Shown one piece after another: positions 30,970 through 41,836 of a stretch of 64,000 bases of DNA; position 1 is the first letter of the stretch, and each line of letters opens with the position of its first letter. Origin of the DNA: an uncultured Verrucomicrobiae bacterium (GTDB lineage: Bacteria; Verrucomicrobiota; Verrucomicrobiia; Limisphaerales; Palsa-1400); the NCBI GenBank assembly GCA_963707025.1, contig CAVPOM010000006.1, positions 416,001 through 480,000 on the forward strand, written 5' to 3'. Both the position numbers and the translations under genes were made by a program. Under the pieces are notes generated by a model that was not told the origin of the DNA, did no database searches, and saw only the letters and a program-made list of their open reading frames with translations.

Positions 30970-31677
30970 ATGAATCATAGAGGGATAGCGCGCCGCGCCG
31001 CCATCAGAATAATCTTTGCCTCGTTGGTGTTCACGATGGGGGCCTGTTGCATTGCCGCCGCCTTGCGCGCGCTGGAGCGCGAGTCGCACCTTCTGTCCAC
31101 GATTTGCATTGTGGTTTCGTTGGTCCTGGGCGCGGTTTGGATGCTCTTCGCCGTCTTCACGATTTATTTCTTCCGCGACCCGGAGCCGAATCCTCCCTCC
31201 GGCCCCGGTCTGGTGGTCTCGCCGGGCCACGGGAAAGTGGATGCCATCGAGAAAATCATTGAAACGCAATTCATGGGCGGGCCGTGCCACCGGGTTTCCA
31301 CCTTTTTGTCCGTGATTGATGTTCATGTGCAGAATGCGCCCGTGGCGGGGAAGATCGTCTTTTTCCAACAGACCGCCGGCCAGTTCCTGAGCGCGCTCAA
31401 GGGGGAATCGGCCCTGCACAATGAGAATGTGCTGCTCGGTTTTGCCTCCGCGGAAACGCCGGGAGAAAAAATCGGGGTGCGGCTGATCGCCGGGGTTTTG
31501 GCGCGGCGCATCGTGCCCTTTGTGCAGATGGGCGACGAGGTCAGGCGGGGGGATCGCCTGAGCCTGATTCAATTCGGTTCGCGCTGCGATCTCTACCTGC
31601 CGCTGCATTACAAAATCATGGTCAAGCCGGGTGATAAAGTTGTTGGCAGCCAGACGGTGATGGCGGCAAAATCCTGA
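30970..31677 (+). CDS. psd: Phosphatidylserine decarboxylase proenzyme
   Basis: YFFRDPE, FLSVIDVHVQNAP, NE, IQFGSRCD self-cleavage motif. Confidence 0.93.
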   Translation: MNHRGIARRAAIRIIFASLVFTMGACCIAAALRALERESHLLSTICIVVSLVLGAVWMLFAVFTIYFFRDPEPNPPSGPGLVVSPGHGKVDAIEKIIETQFMGGPCHRVSTFLSVIDVHVQNAPVAGKIVFFQQTAGQFLSALKGESALHNENVLLGFASAETPGEKIGVRLIAGVLARRIVPFVQMGDEVRRGDRLSLIQFGSRCDLYLPLHYKIMVKPGDKVVGSQTVMAAKS

Positions 31678-31680
31678 ATC

Positions 31681-32562
31681 ATGGAAAAACATCCTCCAAG
31701 CGCGGAAAGCGAACGGCCCCAGGCGAAGCTCAGGATTTATTTTCTGCCCAACCTGATGACGGCGGGAAATCTGTTTTGCGGTTTTGTCGCGCTGACCAAG
31801 ATCGTGGAGGCGAAGATCGGGGCCGATGGCAAGATGGATGCCAGCGCGTTTTTGGAAATCAAATTGGCCCTGGCGTTTATCCTGCTGGCCTGCATTTTTG
31901 ACCTGCTGGACGGCCGCCTGGCGCGCATGGGCGGGGTGGAGAGCGACTTTGGCCGCGAATTTGATTCGCTAGCGGACCTGATTTCATTCGGGGCGGCGCC
32001 GGCCTTCCTGGTTCACCGGGTGGTGCTGCGGGATGTTTTTAAATACACGCCGGAGGTCGGCTGGTTTATCGCCTCCATCTATTTGATCTGCGGCGCCTTG
32101 CGCTTGGCGCGCTTCAATTGTCTGGCGGCGATGCCGGGCGGCAGCGGCGGCAAGGAATTTCTGGGCTTTCCCATCCCGTCGGCGGCGGGGCTGGTGGCGT
32201 CGGTCACGCTTTTCCTGATGTGGGGTGAGAAAGATGAACGGGATTTTGCCACCGGTTTGTGGCGCTACGTTCTGCCGGGCCTGATGTTGTTTCTCTCCTT
32301 CATGATGGTGAGCGAAGTCAAATATCCCTCCTTCAAAACCCTCGATCTGCGCGCGCGGCGCAGCTTTACCAAGATGGTGGTGACGGTGCTGTTCATCGGT
32401 TGCCTGATTATTCTGCGGAATCACATTTTGCAATTTGTGCTCCCGCTCATGTTCACCGCCTATCTGCTCTACGGATTCGTCCGGCCGCGGATTTCGCGCA
32501 AAGTGCGGGAGGACATCGAGGAGGAGACCGAAGACGACGACGAGCCGACGCTCACCCCTTGA
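31681..32562 (+). CDS. pssA: CDP-diacylglycerol-serine O-phosphatidyltransferase
   Basis: LPNLMTAGNLFCG, DLLDGRLAR, FGREFDSLADLISFG, LRLARFN. Confidence 0.93.
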   Translation: MEKHPPSAESERPQAKLRIYFLPNLMTAGNLFCGFVALTKIVEAKIGADGKMDASAFLEIKLALAFILLACIFDLLDGRLARMGGVESDFGREFDSLADLISFGAAPAFLVHRVVLRDVFKYTPEVGWFIASIYLICGALRLARFNCLAAMPGGSGGKEFLGFPIPSAAGLVASVTLFLMWGEKDERDFATGLWRYVLPGLMLFLSFMMVSEVKYPSFKTLDLRARRSFTKMVVTVLFIGCLIILRNHILQFVLPLMFTAYLLYGFVRPRISRKVREDIEEETEDDDEPTLTP

Positions 32563-32563
32563 C

Positions 32564-33235
32564 ATGTTGTTCAATCTTCCTCCCTCGCTCGTCGCGGCCT
32601 TGACCGGTTTTCTCAGCGGATTTCTTCTCTCCGTGCCGGTGGGGCCGGTCAACCTGACCATCATGAACGAAGGGGCGCGGCGCGGCCTGCTCTGGGCTAT
32701 GTTGATCGGTTTGGGCGCCGTCGTCATGGAGGTGATTTACTGCGCCCTGGCCTTCACCGGATTCGCCGCCTTCTTCACCGGGCCGATCATGAAGGCGGGG
32801 ATGGAGCTGGTCAGCTTTGTCTTCATGCTCTATCTGGGCGTCCGCTTTTTGAGCGTGCGCAAGGTCGAAATGCCCGGCGAGGTGGAAGAGCGGATCGAAG
32901 GCAAATTAAATCCCCGCTCGGCCTTCGCCATCGGTTTTGTGCGCGTGATGGCCAACCTGGGCGTGTTCGCTTTTTGGATTGTCCTGGCGGCCAATTTTAT
33001 CTCCCACGGGTGGGTGCAGCCGACCTGGCCCGGCAAGCTCTTCTGTGTCGCCGGCGTGGCGGCCGGCACCGGCCTTTGGTTCAGCGGACTGAGTTATGCC
33101 GCCTCGCGCGGCCACAAGAAATTCACGGAAAAAACGTTGCTGCGCATGGAACACTTTTCCGGGCTTTGCATGCTGATCCTGGCCACGGTCCACGGCGGCT
33201 ACATGGCCTGGCAAATGGCAAAACATAAAATCTAA
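32564..33235 (+). CDS. LysE-family translocator
   Basis: SVPVGPVNL, multiple TM segments. Confidence 0.85.
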   Translation: MLFNLPPSLVAALTGFLSGFLLSVPVGPVNLTIMNEGARRGLLWAMLIGLGAVVMEVIYCALAFTGFAAFFTGPIMKAGMELVSFVFMLYLGVRFLSVRKVEMPGEVEERIEGKLNPRSAFAIGFVRVMANLGVFAFWIVLAANFISHGWVQPTWPGKLFCVAGVAAGTGLWFSGLSYAASRGHKKFTEKTLLRMEHFSGLCMLILATVHGGYMAWQMAKHKI

Positions 33236-33253
33236 ACCGGCGGTTTAAACCCC

Positions 33254-33934
33254 ATGAATGTCACCTATTACGGTCACGCCTGTTTCGCGGTTGAGCTGGA
33301 GGGCCGCACCCTCCTTTTCGATCCCTTCATCTCGGCCAATCCGCTGGCCGCCGCCATTGACCTCAAATCGGTGCCGGCCGATTTTATCCTGGTTTCCCAC
33401 GGCCACCAAGACCATCTGGCCAACGCCGTCGCCGTGGCCCAACGGACCGGCGGAACCGTCATTGCCAATTATGAGGTGGCGACGTGGCTGGGCAAAAATG
33501 GCGCGGGCAAAATCCATCCGCTCAACCACGGCGGCGCCTGCAGTTTTGATTTCGGACGCGTCAAGTTCGTCAACGCCATTCACTCCAGCAGTTTGCCGGA
33601 CGGCTCCTACGGAGGCAATCCGGGCGGATTTGTGGTGGAGAGCGCCCAGGGAAATTTCTATTACTCCGGAGACACGGCGCTGACCCTGGACATGAAATTA
33701 ATCGGCGAGTCCACCCGCCTGGCCTTTGCCGTCTTGTGCGTGGGCGGCAATTTCACCATGGACGCGGAGGACGCCGTCAAAGCCGCCCAGTTGCTCAACT
33801 GCGACCAGATTGTGGGGGTGCATTACGACACCTTCCCGCCCATCAAAATTGATCACGAGGCGGCGCGCAAAAAATTTCAGGCCGCCGGCAAAAAGCTGCA
33901 TCTTTTGAAGATCGGCGCCAGCCGCAAGTTTTAA
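33254..33934 (+). CDS. Metallo-beta-lactamase-fold hydrolase (UPF0173-like)
   Basis: YYGHACF, SHGHQDH, HSSS, SGDT, HYDTFP. Confidence 0.92.
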   Translation: MNVTYYGHACFAVELEGRTLLFDPFISANPLAAAIDLKSVPADFILVSHGHQDHLANAVAVAQRTGGTVIANYEVATWLGKNGAGKIHPLNHGGACSFDFGRVKFVNAIHSSSLPDGSYGGNPGGFVVESAQGNFYYSGDTALTLDMKLIGESTRLAFAVLCVGGNFTMDAEDAVKAAQLLNCDQIVGVHYDTFPPIKIDHEAARKKFQAAGKKLHLLKIGASRKF

Positions 33935-33938
33935 GGAT

Positions 33939-34454
33939 GTGGAAGCCAAACAGCCCAAATCACTCTGGTGGTTTGAGCCGCGATGGTCTTACTGGCCGCG
34001 GCTGATAAAGGAAGTATCCACGATACTTCAGCTCAAAACGTGGCTGCGAATTGTCGCCATCGTCATCTTGTTGACTGTCCTCCTCGCCTCCGCGGTGAAG
34101 CGGGCGCTGCCTGATTTTCAATTCGACTGGGCAGGCCGTCTCGCAATGAGTATCGGGGGTCTTGTTCTCGGGCTGGCTGGTTGTCTTGGCGCCTATTGGC
34201 TGATACCTCCGATCATTCGGGTCCACGCCAAAGGGATCTCGCGACAGCAAGGCCAGGGCGCTTCTTGGCGCCTCCGTGCTGATATTCGACGCCTCACCAT
34301 TGACACCACCGACCCGGGGCGGCCCCGCCTTAGCATAGAAGCAACGGGCAAGAAACCCTTTGAGTGCGGCATCGCCACGAAAGTGAGCGTTGCGGCGCTG
34401 GCGGCATTTCTGCGCGCGACCTTCCCGGAATTGGCGGTGGAGGAGAAGAAATGA
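33939..34454 (+). CDS. Hypothetical membrane protein (two TM plus soluble domain)
   Basis: Co-oriented ORF just after the hydrolase stop; two hydrophobic segments. Confidence 0.6.
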   Translation: MEAKQPKSLWWFEPRWSYWPRLIKEVSTILQLKTWLRIVAIVILLTVLLASAVKRALPDFQFDWAGRLAMSIGGLVLGLAGCLGAYWLIPPIIRVHAKGISRQQGQGASWRLRADIRRLTIDTTDPGRPRLSIEATGKKPFECGIATKVSVAALAAFLRATFPELAVEEKK

Positions 34455-34695
34455 AGCCAGCTTTTTTCAAGAACATTCGGGCCAGCCGGAATGCGCCTCA
34501 CCACCCCGGCCCCAACCTGGCCTCGACAGCGCTTGTCACCCGTTCGTAACCTTTTGTGGTTAAGGTTTTTGCCTGAAATTCCGATGATAATGGATAAATG
34601 GACAACCTTGCGCCGCAGAGTATGCTGCTTTGCCAGCCGGCACGACCGACCTCACCTTCAGGCCGTGCCATGCCTAAGCCGGGTCCATCCTTCCC

Positions 34696-36927
34696 GTGAA
34701 CGCGCTGGCCAATCATGGAGTGGACTTCTACGTGGCCCATGAATCTCTCAAGGCCACCATTCTCACGTCGCTGCTGACGGTGTGGGTGTTGATTGGCGTC
34801 TTTGTATATCTCAACCGCTATACCAAACGGCGCTACTTCACCGTTTGGACGGCGGCCTGGATGTTTTACGTCCTGTGGCTGACCTTGAACCTGGGCGATG
34901 TGACGGGGGAAAACGCGCCCCTCATTATCATGGCCGAGCAATGGTGTGTGGCCACCACGGCCGTCTTCCTGATGTGGGGCAGCTTTCGTTTTTTGGGGTT
35001 GCGGGTGCGGGAGACCGCCTTCGGCTTGTTCATGGCCTTCTTGTTTTTGTGGAGTTATCTGGGGGTCTATCAATTGGGGCGGCCCTTCCCGGCCGTGGTC
35101 GCTTTGTTCGCGCTGATCGGCCTGGCGGGGATGGTCACCGCCGTGGCCTTCGCGCGCCATCGTTGCCTGCGGGGCTACATCGGCGCCAGCATGCTCTCGC
35201 TGGGATTTTTCCTGTGGGGCCTTTATTTTATCGGCTACCCCTTTGTCGCGCGCGTCCCTGATTTGCTGGCCACAGGCTTTTTCCTCTCGGCGGTGCTGCA
35301 GTTGTTCATCGCCGTCGCCATGATCATCCTGGTGCTGGAGGAAGTGCGCACGACCAACCACGCCGCGCTGCAGAATCTGCGCTCCGAGAAAATCAGGACG
35401 GGCCAATGGCGCAGCGCGGCCGCTTCCGCCGAGCAACAATACCGCTGCCTCTTTAACAAGGCGGACGAAGCCATCATTATCACCGCCGCCGGCGATCTGC
35501 GCATTCTTGACTTGAACCAAACCGCCGTCCATCTGCTCGGCCTGAGCCAGGAGGAGGCGCGGGAGCAGTTTCTGCCTTCCTTCTGCCCGGCCTCCGGGCG
35601 CCCCGCCCCGGTCCCGGGCGACAGCGTGGCCTGGGTCAACCGTTTATGCGCCCAGCGCACCCTGCGGGTGTTGAAGAAAGACGGCGGCGCCACCCTCTCC
35701 CAGGTCGAAAGCTCCCGGCTGGATTACAAGGGACAGGACGCCTTCCAATTCTTCTTCCGCGAAGTCACCGACCGCGGCCGCCTGGAACAGCAGTTGCGCC
35801 AGGCCGAAAAACTTTCCAGCCTGGGCCAGATGATCTCCGGCGTCGCCCACGAATTGAACAACCCCCTTGCCGTCATCAAAGGCTATCTGGATTTGGTCAT
35901 GGCCCACCACGACATCAACCCCCGGACCCGCGCCGACCTGGAGAAAGTCGTCCAGGAATGCGACCGCGCCGGCAAACTGGTGCGCCATTTCCTCTCCTTT
36001 GCCCACGAGCAGCGGCCCCGGCGGGAAATGGTTCATGTCAATACTTTGATTGAGCGCGTGGCCGATCTGCGCCGCGCCGACCTCACCGCCGCCGGGATTG
36101 AGTTGTTCCTGGATTTGGCCGCCGATCTGCCTGCCACCTCGGCGGATCCCGACCAGATCCAGCAGTTGATGATCAACCTCCTCAATAATGCCATTCAAGC
36201 CATGGCCGCCTCCCCTCCGCCGCGCACCCTGAGAATCACCACCCGGATGAAGACCCCCGCCGCCCTGCTCATTTCGATGGAAGACAGCGGTCCGGGCGTG
36301 CCGCCGGACCTGCAAACCCGCATCTTCGAGCCGTTCTTCACCACCAAACCCGACGGCGCCGGCACCGGCCTGGGACTTTCCATTGCGCACAGCATCATGC
36401 TGGAACACCGCGGGCGCATTAGTTGCGATCGCTCCACCTTGGGCGGGGCGGCCTTCCACCTCGAATTCCCCATCGTCAGTCTGGCGGCGGCCGCGCCTAT
36501 CCGGCAGATCACGCCGCTGCCCGCGCCCCCCTCGCCCCGGTTTTCCGCGCGCGTGCTCGTGCTCGACGATGAACAATTCATCGCCGAACTGCTCTCCGAA
36601 ATGCTCGGCGTGCTGGGGCACCGGCCCGTCGTTTGCCTCTCCCCCGTCGGCGCCTTGGACCTCCTGCAATCCTCCCCATTCGATCTGGTCATCTCCGACT
36701 TCCGCATGCCCGTGATGAACGGCGAACAATTCTACCATGCCTTGGCCAAAATAAATCAGGACCTGGCCCGGCGCGTCATCTTTCTCACCGGCGACGTGGT
36801 CAACGAAGAAACCCAGCAGTTCCTGACCTCCACCGGCAATCCGCATTTGGACAAGCCCTTCCAACTGACCCGTCTGGAGGCCGTCATCGCCGAAGTCCTC
36901 TCCGCCCCGACAACTGTGGCAGTCTGA
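34696..36927 (+). CDS. Hybrid sensor histidine kinase (multi-TM, PAS, HisKA, HATPase, receiver)
   Basis: GVAHELNNPL, NLLNNAIQA, DSGPG, FEPFFTTK, GTGLGL, VLDDE...DLVISDFRMP. Confidence 0.93.
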   Translation: MNALANHGVDFYVAHESLKATILTSLLTVWVLIGVFVYLNRYTKRRYFTVWTAAWMFYVLWLTLNLGDVTGENAPLIIMAEQWCVATTAVFLMWGSFRFLGLRVRETAFGLFMAFLFLWSYLGVYQLGRPFPAVVALFALIGLAGMVTAVAFARHRCLRGYIGASMLSLGFFLWGLYFIGYPFVARVPDLLATGFFLSAVLQLFIAVAMIILVLEEVRTTNHAALQNLRSEKIRTGQWRSAAASAEQQYRCLFNKADEAIIITAAGDLRILDLNQTAVHLLGLSQEEAREQFLPSFCPASGRPAPVPGDSVAWVNRLCAQRTLRVLKKDGGATLSQVESSRLDYKGQDAFQFFFREVTDRGRLEQQLRQAEKLSSLGQMISGVAHELNNPLAVIKGYLDLVMAHHDINPRTRADLEKVVQECDRAGKLVRHFLSFAHEQRPRREMVHVNTLIERVADLRRADLTAAGIELFLDLAADLPATSADPDQIQQLMINLLNNAIQAMAASPPPRTLRITTRMKTPAALLISMEDSGPGVPPDLQTRIFEPFFTTKPDGAGTGLGLSIAHSIMLEHRGRISCDRSTLGGAAFHLEFPIVSLAAAAPIRQITPLPAPPSPRFSARVLVLDDEQFIAELLSEMLGVLGHRPVVCLSPVGALDLLQSSPFDLVISDFRMPVMNGEQFYHALAKINQDLARRVIFLTGDVVNEETQQFLTSTGNPHLDKPFQLTRLEAVIAEVLSAPTTVAV

Positions 36928-36998
36928 TCCCCGCCGGCCTGTTCATCAGAATTTAAGGAACTTGCGCAGTTTCGGTGACGGGATTACTTTTCATTGAC

Positions 36999-37234
36999 AT
37001 GAACCGGACTCAAATCGAAGCCGCTCTGGAGCGGAACATGCCGTTCACCCTGCGGATGGCGGATGGCAGGGATACCCCGTCCCGCACCGCGATTACATCA
37101 GCTTGCCGCCACGGGGTGCATTCGTCGTTGTTTTCGATGACCGGGAGCATGTTTTTGTCCTCCCACTGCTGACCATGACTGGATTGAGCTATCAATCCGA
37201 CGGGACGAGCGCCCCCGAGCCACGCGGCAGCTAA
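36999..37234 (+). CDS. Small hypothetical protein with 1-nt frameshift near 37069-37072
   Basis: Joined reading MNRTQIEAALERNMPFTLRMADGR-x-YPVPHRDYISLPPRGAFVVVFDDREHVFVLPLLTMTGL; leaderless-type promoter upstream. Confidence 0.65.
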
Positions 37235-37379
37235 CCAATCATGGGGGATTGTCTGGACCGCAAGGGCTAATGTCTTTTTGAGGCCGCGCGGGTTTTTTCG
37301 GCGGCGGAAAAAGTATGGAAAGTGAGGGATCCGGTCAGCCGATTTGGATGTCGAATTGTCCGCGAAAAAAACGGAGCCG

Positions 37380-38654
37380 CTAGCGGCCGCTTTTGGTTTC
37401 TGCTCCGGCCGCCTTCTGCAATTCGACGGCATAGACTTGGTTGGCGCCGGAGAGGTTGGAACGGAAGACCAGCCATTTCATGTCGGGCGTGAAGATGGCG
37501 TTGGGTTCGAGGGTGTAGTTGTGCCGGGCCATGTTGACCAGACGCTCGGAATGGAACACGCCGGGGCTGATGAAGCCGGTTTGGTTCAGGTTGGTTCCAG
37601 TGTTGTCCGGCAGGAGTTCGGGATGAAAGAGATATAACCACTGGCCATGGGCGGCGTGGGCCACCATGCCGGGACTGCCACCGTCCCCGCTGAACAGCTT
37701 GCCGTCGGGGGAGACGTTGAAATGGACGGACCATTCGTCGCGCTGGAGATGATACCAGGTCCGCTGGCCGGAGGTGACGTTGTAGCCCGCCACCCAGAAA
37801 TCCTCCCCGCGCGGCGTCTGGAGATCGTACCAGATCGTCCGGCCGTCGGCGCTCCAGAATTCATGGCCGGCGATTTCCATGGCCATGCTGCGGGTGTGGA
37901 CCTTGGTCAGTTGCGTGCCGTCGCTGCGGATGGTCCAGATGCGGTCCACTTTGTGCCAGGGACCTTCGTGGCAGAACAGCAGCAGGCCGGGATCGGTCGG
38001 GGAAAATTGCAGGTGGTTGAGCCAGTCGTTGCAGCGGTTGCACTTTGTTACTTCGCTCGTCTGGAGGTTGAGGAAAAAAAGCTCCATCGTCAGGTGCTGG
38101 TTGAAACGGTCTTCGATGTTTCTGGCCTTGGACCCGGTGCGGGCGTTGGTTTGCTCAATGGGAGCGGGCGGAGCCTGGCCGGGCTCAGTGATGGTGCCGG
38201 CCAGCATGGTTTCGTCGGCGTTGACGCTGATGACGGCGCCGTTGGGCGGGACTTTGGCGATTTCCAGCGGGTTCCTCGTTTCGGGGTCCACGGCAAAAAC
38301 CGATTGGTCGCGCGTGTAAAAAATCCGGCCGGTTTTGCGGCCCGTCATGAGGAGGCGGACGCGGCCGGAAACGATCTGCTCGATGGCGCGGGTCTGCAGG
38401 TTGACCGCGGAAATCCCGCTGGGTGTGGTGATGATGAGTTTGCGGCCATCGGGCGTGAAGGGGTTAAGGTTGAAATACAGGCTCTCGCTGCCCGGTTCCC
38501 GGGAGAGGCGGATGACACGGTGGCCGGTGTCCGCATCAATCCATTCGGCCGGCGCTTCGTTGGTGTCCGCCCCGGCCCGGCCGTGAGCGGCCGGAAGAAA
38601 CAGGCACGACAGCAGAATGGCTTTGGCTGTGGTGCGACAAAATCTGGTCTTCAT
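37380..38654 (-). CDS. Oligogalacturonate lyase-family secreted beta-propeller
   Basis: D.DTGHRVIRLS, LYFN.NPFTPDG, WLNHLQFSPTDP, FCHEGPW..VDRIW, GHEFW. Confidence 0.88.
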   Translation of the reverse strand: MKTRFCRTTAKAILLSCLFLPAAHGRAGADTNEAPAEWIDADTGHRVIRLSREPGSESLYFNLNPFTPDGRKLIITTPSGISAVNLQTRAIEQIVSGRVRLLMTGRKTGRIFYTRDQSVFAVDPETRNPLEIAKVPPNGAVISVNADETMLAGTITEPGQAPPAPIEQTNARTGSKARNIEDRFNQHLTMELFFLNLQTSEVTKCNRCNDWLNHLQFSPTDPGLLLFCHEGPWHKVDRIWTIRSDGTQLTKVHTRSMAMEIAGHEFWSADGRTIWYDLQTPRGEDFWVAGYNVTSGQRTWYHLQRDEWSVHFNVSPDGKLFSGDGGSPGMVAHAAHGQWLYLFHPELLPDNTGTNLNQTGFISPGVFHSERLVNMARHNYTLEPNAIFTPDMKWLVFRSNLSGANQVYAVELQKAAGAETKSGR

Positions 38655-38753
38655 GGATGAGCGGCATATTCCCGCAATGCCGGGGTGGTTTCAAATCAAT
38701 TGTCCGGAGATTTCGCCGGATTTCGCCCGACGGCAAATGGATAACCCTGGAAA

Positions 38754-38874
38754 GAGACCTCTGCAAAACGCGCGTCCACGATTGTAACGGCGGTTTATGA
38801 CCGCCGCAAACCAGGGGAAATAACGGCATGGCGACGGTCATAGACCGCCGCTACAGGCGTTTTGCAGAAGTCCC
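38754..38874. mobile_element. 121-bp MITE, copy 1 (18-bp TIRs, internal REP doublet)
   Basis: GAGACCTCTGCAAAACGC...GCGTTTTGCAGAAGTCCC; flanks TGGAAA/TGGGAA. Confidence 0.82.
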
Positions 38875-38940
38875 TGGGAATGAAGGGATGGGCCAGATGC
38901 TGCTTGACCGGCCTGGCCAACTTGACTAAGTTAGTTCATT

Positions 38941-39180
38941 ATGATGACGGTCAATACGCACGAAGCCAAGACCCAGCTTTCAGCCCTGCTGGCGCTGGTG
39001 GAGCAAAAAGGGGAGAAAATCCTGATCTGCCGGCATGGACGCCCGGTGGCGGAACTTTCCAGGGCCAAAGCCAGGAAGCGCCGCAACCGGCTTGCGGTGG
39101 ACCCTTCCTTGCGGGTGCAACTGCGCTATGACCCGGTCGAACCGCTGTCGGAGGAAGAGTTTCCCGCGCAATTCCGGTGA
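38941..39180 (+). CDS. Phd/YefM-family antitoxin
   Basis: VNTHEAKTQLSALL..VE..GE.ILICRHGRPVAEL. Confidence 0.92.
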   Translation: MMTVNTHEAKTQLSALLALVEQKGEKILICRHGRPVAELSRAKARKRRNRLAVDPSLRVQLRYDPVEPLSEEEFPAQFR

Positions 39181-39566
39181 AATACATATTGGACACATGC
39201 GCTCTGATTTGGCTCGTCAATGGCGACCGCCAGCTCAGTCCGGAGGCCACCCGCATCTGCGGCCTGCCGGAGAGCCAGTTGTACGTTTCGGCGGTCAGCG
39301 CCTGGGAGATCGCGCTCAAGGCGGCGCGCCGCAAACTTTCCCTTCGCACTTCGCCGGAAGCCTGGTGGCGGCGCGCTTTGGACCAGCACGAATTGGAGGA
39401 ACTGCCCATGACCTCCCGCATTGCAATCGCCGCGGCAGCTCTTGAGGCGATTCACAACGACCCATTTGATCGCGTGCTCATCGCGACCGCGGCCGAACAT
39501 GGTTTGAGGATTCTCAGCCCGGATCGCCTGATTTCCCGGTATCGAAATGTGGGCGTGGTCTGGTAA
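39177..39566 (+). CDS. VapC-family PIN toxin
   Basis: [34 protein letters not shown] overlap with antitoxin. Confidence 0.92.
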   Translation: MKYILDTCALIWLVNGDRQLSPEATRICGLPESQLYVSAVSAWEIALKAARRKLSLRTSPEAWWRRALDQHELEELPMTSRIAIAAAALEAIHNDPFDRVLIATAAEHGLRILSPDRLISRYRNVGVVW

Positions 39567-39577
39567 CATCCCCGCGC

Positions 39578-41110
39578 ATGGCTCAGATCGTTCTCACCAC
39601 TCTCAACGCCCGCTACATTCACGCGGCCTTTGGATTGCGCTATTTGCTGGCCAATCTCGGTCCGCTGCGCGCCCAAGCCTCCCTCTTGGAGTTTGACCTT
39701 CAGCAGCGCCCGCTGGAGATCGTGGAAACTATTCTCGCCCAGGATCCTCAGATTGTCGGACTCGGCGTTTATATCTGGAATGTCACGCAAGCAACCGAAG
39801 TGGTGGCGGCGCTGAAACGGGTGCGCCCGGACCTGACCGTGGTGCTGGGCGGGCCGGAGGTCAGCTACGAAATGGCGGAACTGGAAATTGTCCGGCTGGC
39901 GGATTACGTCATCACCGGGGAGGCGGATTTGAAATTTGCGGAGGTTTGCGCGGAACTTCTGCAGGGCACGCGTCCGCCCGCAAAGATAATCGCGGCGGAC
40001 ATCCCCGATCTGGCGCGCCTGCAACTGCCTTACGATTTCTACAATGACGATGATGTGGCCCACCGCGTCATCTATATCGAAGCCTCGCGCGGCTGTCCCT
40101 TTACCTGCGAATTTTGCCTCTCCTCCCTGGACGTGCCGGTGCGCCAGTTTCCGCTGGCCCCCCTTCTGGCCGCGGCGGACCGGCTCCTTGAGCGCGGGGT
40201 GCGGCAGTTTAAATTTGTTGACAGAACCTTCAACTTGAACATCGCCGCCAGCCGGCGCGTTCTGGAATTCTTCCTCCAGCGGCAGCGCCCGGGTTTGTTT
40301 GTGCATTTTGAGATGATCCCGGACCGCCTGCCCGAGGCCTTGCGGGAGGTGATCGCGCAATTTCCGGCCGGCGCCCTCCAGTTTGAAGTGGGCATCCAGA
40401 CCTTCGATGAAACGGTTTCCAAAAACATCAGCCGGCGGCAGGATTACGGCCGGCTGGCCGATAATTTGCGGTTTTTGCGCCGGGAGACCGGCGTCCATGT
40501 TCACGCCGATTTGATCGCGGGGCTGCCGGGCGAGACGCTGGAAAGTTTTGCGGCGGGCTTTGACCGGCTGGTGGCGATGGGGCCGCAGGAAATCCAGGTG
40601 GGCATTTTGAAGCGGCTGCGCGGAACGCCCATTGGGCGGCACGATCAGGCCTGGGAAATGGTTTACAGCGCCCATCCGCCTTATGAGATCTTGCGCAACA
40701 AGCTGCTGGATTTCGCGACCCTACAGCGGCTGCGGCGCTTCGCCCGCTACTGGGATTTGACGGCGAACAGCGGCAATTTTGTGGAAACAACCCCGTTGAT
40801 CTGGAGCCGCGGGTTGCCGCCTTTCGCGGCGTTTCTCGATTTCAGCGCGTGGATTTACGGGCGGGTCGGCCGCCAGCACAGCATCGCCCTGGCCAGTTTG
40901 GCCGAACTGCTTTTCCGCTACTTGACCAGCCGGGCCGGGGTCGCGGCGGAGACGGCGGCGCAAACGCTCTGGCGGGACTGGCAGCGGGCGGGCCGCCACG
41001 AAAAGCCCGCCTTCCTGGCGGAGCACATTGCGGATGACGGGGTGAGGCTGACGCCACGGCCGGCGCTGGCCCCCAAACGGCAGGCGCGGCGTTTAAGCGC
41101 GCGGGAGTGA
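39578..41110 (+). CDS. B12-binding radical SAM protein (DUF4080-type)
   Basis: [51 protein letters not shown]. Confidence 0.9.
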   Translation: MAQIVLTTLNARYIHAAFGLRYLLANLGPLRAQASLLEFDLQQRPLEIVETILAQDPQIVGLGVYIWNVTQATEVVAALKRVRPDLTVVLGGPEVSYEMAELEIVRLADYVITGEADLKFAEVCAELLQGTRPPAKIIAADIPDLARLQLPYDFYNDDDVAHRVIYIEASRGCPFTCEFCLSSLDVPVRQFPLAPLLAAADRLLERGVRQFKFVDRTFNLNIAASRRVLEFFLQRQRPGLFVHFEMIPDRLPEALREVIAQFPAGALQFEVGIQTFDETVSKNISRRQDYGRLADNLRFLRRETGVHVHADLIAGLPGETLESFAAGFDRLVAMGPQEIQVGILKRLRGTPIGRHDQAWEMVYSAHPPYEILRNKLLDFATLQRLRRFARYWDLTANSGNFVETTPLIWSRGLPPFAAFLDFSAWIYGRVGRQHSIALASLAELLFRYLTSRAGVAAETAAQTLWRDWQRAGRHEKPAFLAEHIADDGVRLTPRPALAPKRQARRLSARE

Positions 41111-41132
41111 GCGCTTTTTTGCGGAAAACGGC

Positions 41133-41819
41133 ATGAGCTTTCAATTTCGAAATCGCGCGCAAGCCGGGCGCCTCCTGGCCGCGAAGTTGGAAAGTTACGC
41201 CGGGCGGGACGGCCTGCTGGTCCTGGGGCTGCCGCGCGGCGGTGTGCCGGTGGCCTTCGAGGTGGCCGCGAAATTGAAGGCCCCGTTGGGTGTTTTCGTG
41301 GCCCGCAAACTGGGTGTGCCCGGCCATGAGGAACTGGCCCTGGGGGCGGTGGCCAGCGGCGGGGTTTGTTTCCTCAACGATTCCCTGGTCCAGTCGTGTC
41401 ACATTCCCCGGCGGATTTTGGATGAACTCATTGAGCGGGAACGCCGCGAGTTGGAAAGAAGGGAACAAGCCTATCGCCCAGGCGGGCCGCCCGCCTTGCG
41501 GGGCCGCACCATCATCCTGGTGGACGACGGCCTGGCCACGGGGGCCTCGATGCGCGCCGCCGTGCGGGCCGCCCGCCCACAGCAGCCGGCCCAAATCGTG
41601 GCCGCCGTGCCGGTGGCGGCGCGCGACATCCTGGAGCAATTGCGCCAGGAAGTGGACGCGGCCGAGTGTGTTCAGGCGCCGGAAGATTTCTCCTCCGTCG
41701 GCGAATGGTATGAGGATTTCAAGCAGACCACAGACGAAGAAGTGCGCGAGTTGCTGGAGAAGGCGGCTCGCAGATTTTCCAATCGCCTTTCAAAGAAATC
41801 CGGGAGCGATAAAAATTGA
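41133..41819 (+). CDS. Phosphoribosyltransferase-family protein
   Basis: FRNRAQAGRLLA, LGLPRGGVPVA, ILVDDGLATG, WYEDF.Q. Confidence 0.9.
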   Translation: MSFQFRNRAQAGRLLAAKLESYAGRDGLLVLGLPRGGVPVAFEVAAKLKAPLGVFVARKLGVPGHEELALGAVASGGVCFLNDSLVQSCHIPRRILDELIERERRELERREQAYRPGGPPALRGRTIILVDDGLATGASMRAAVRAARPQQPAQIVAAVPVAARDILEQLRQEVDAAECVQAPEDFSSVGEWYEDFKQTTDEEVRELLEKAARRFSNRLSKKSGSDKN

Positions 41820-41836
41820 GGGCCGCCTTTCTCCGT

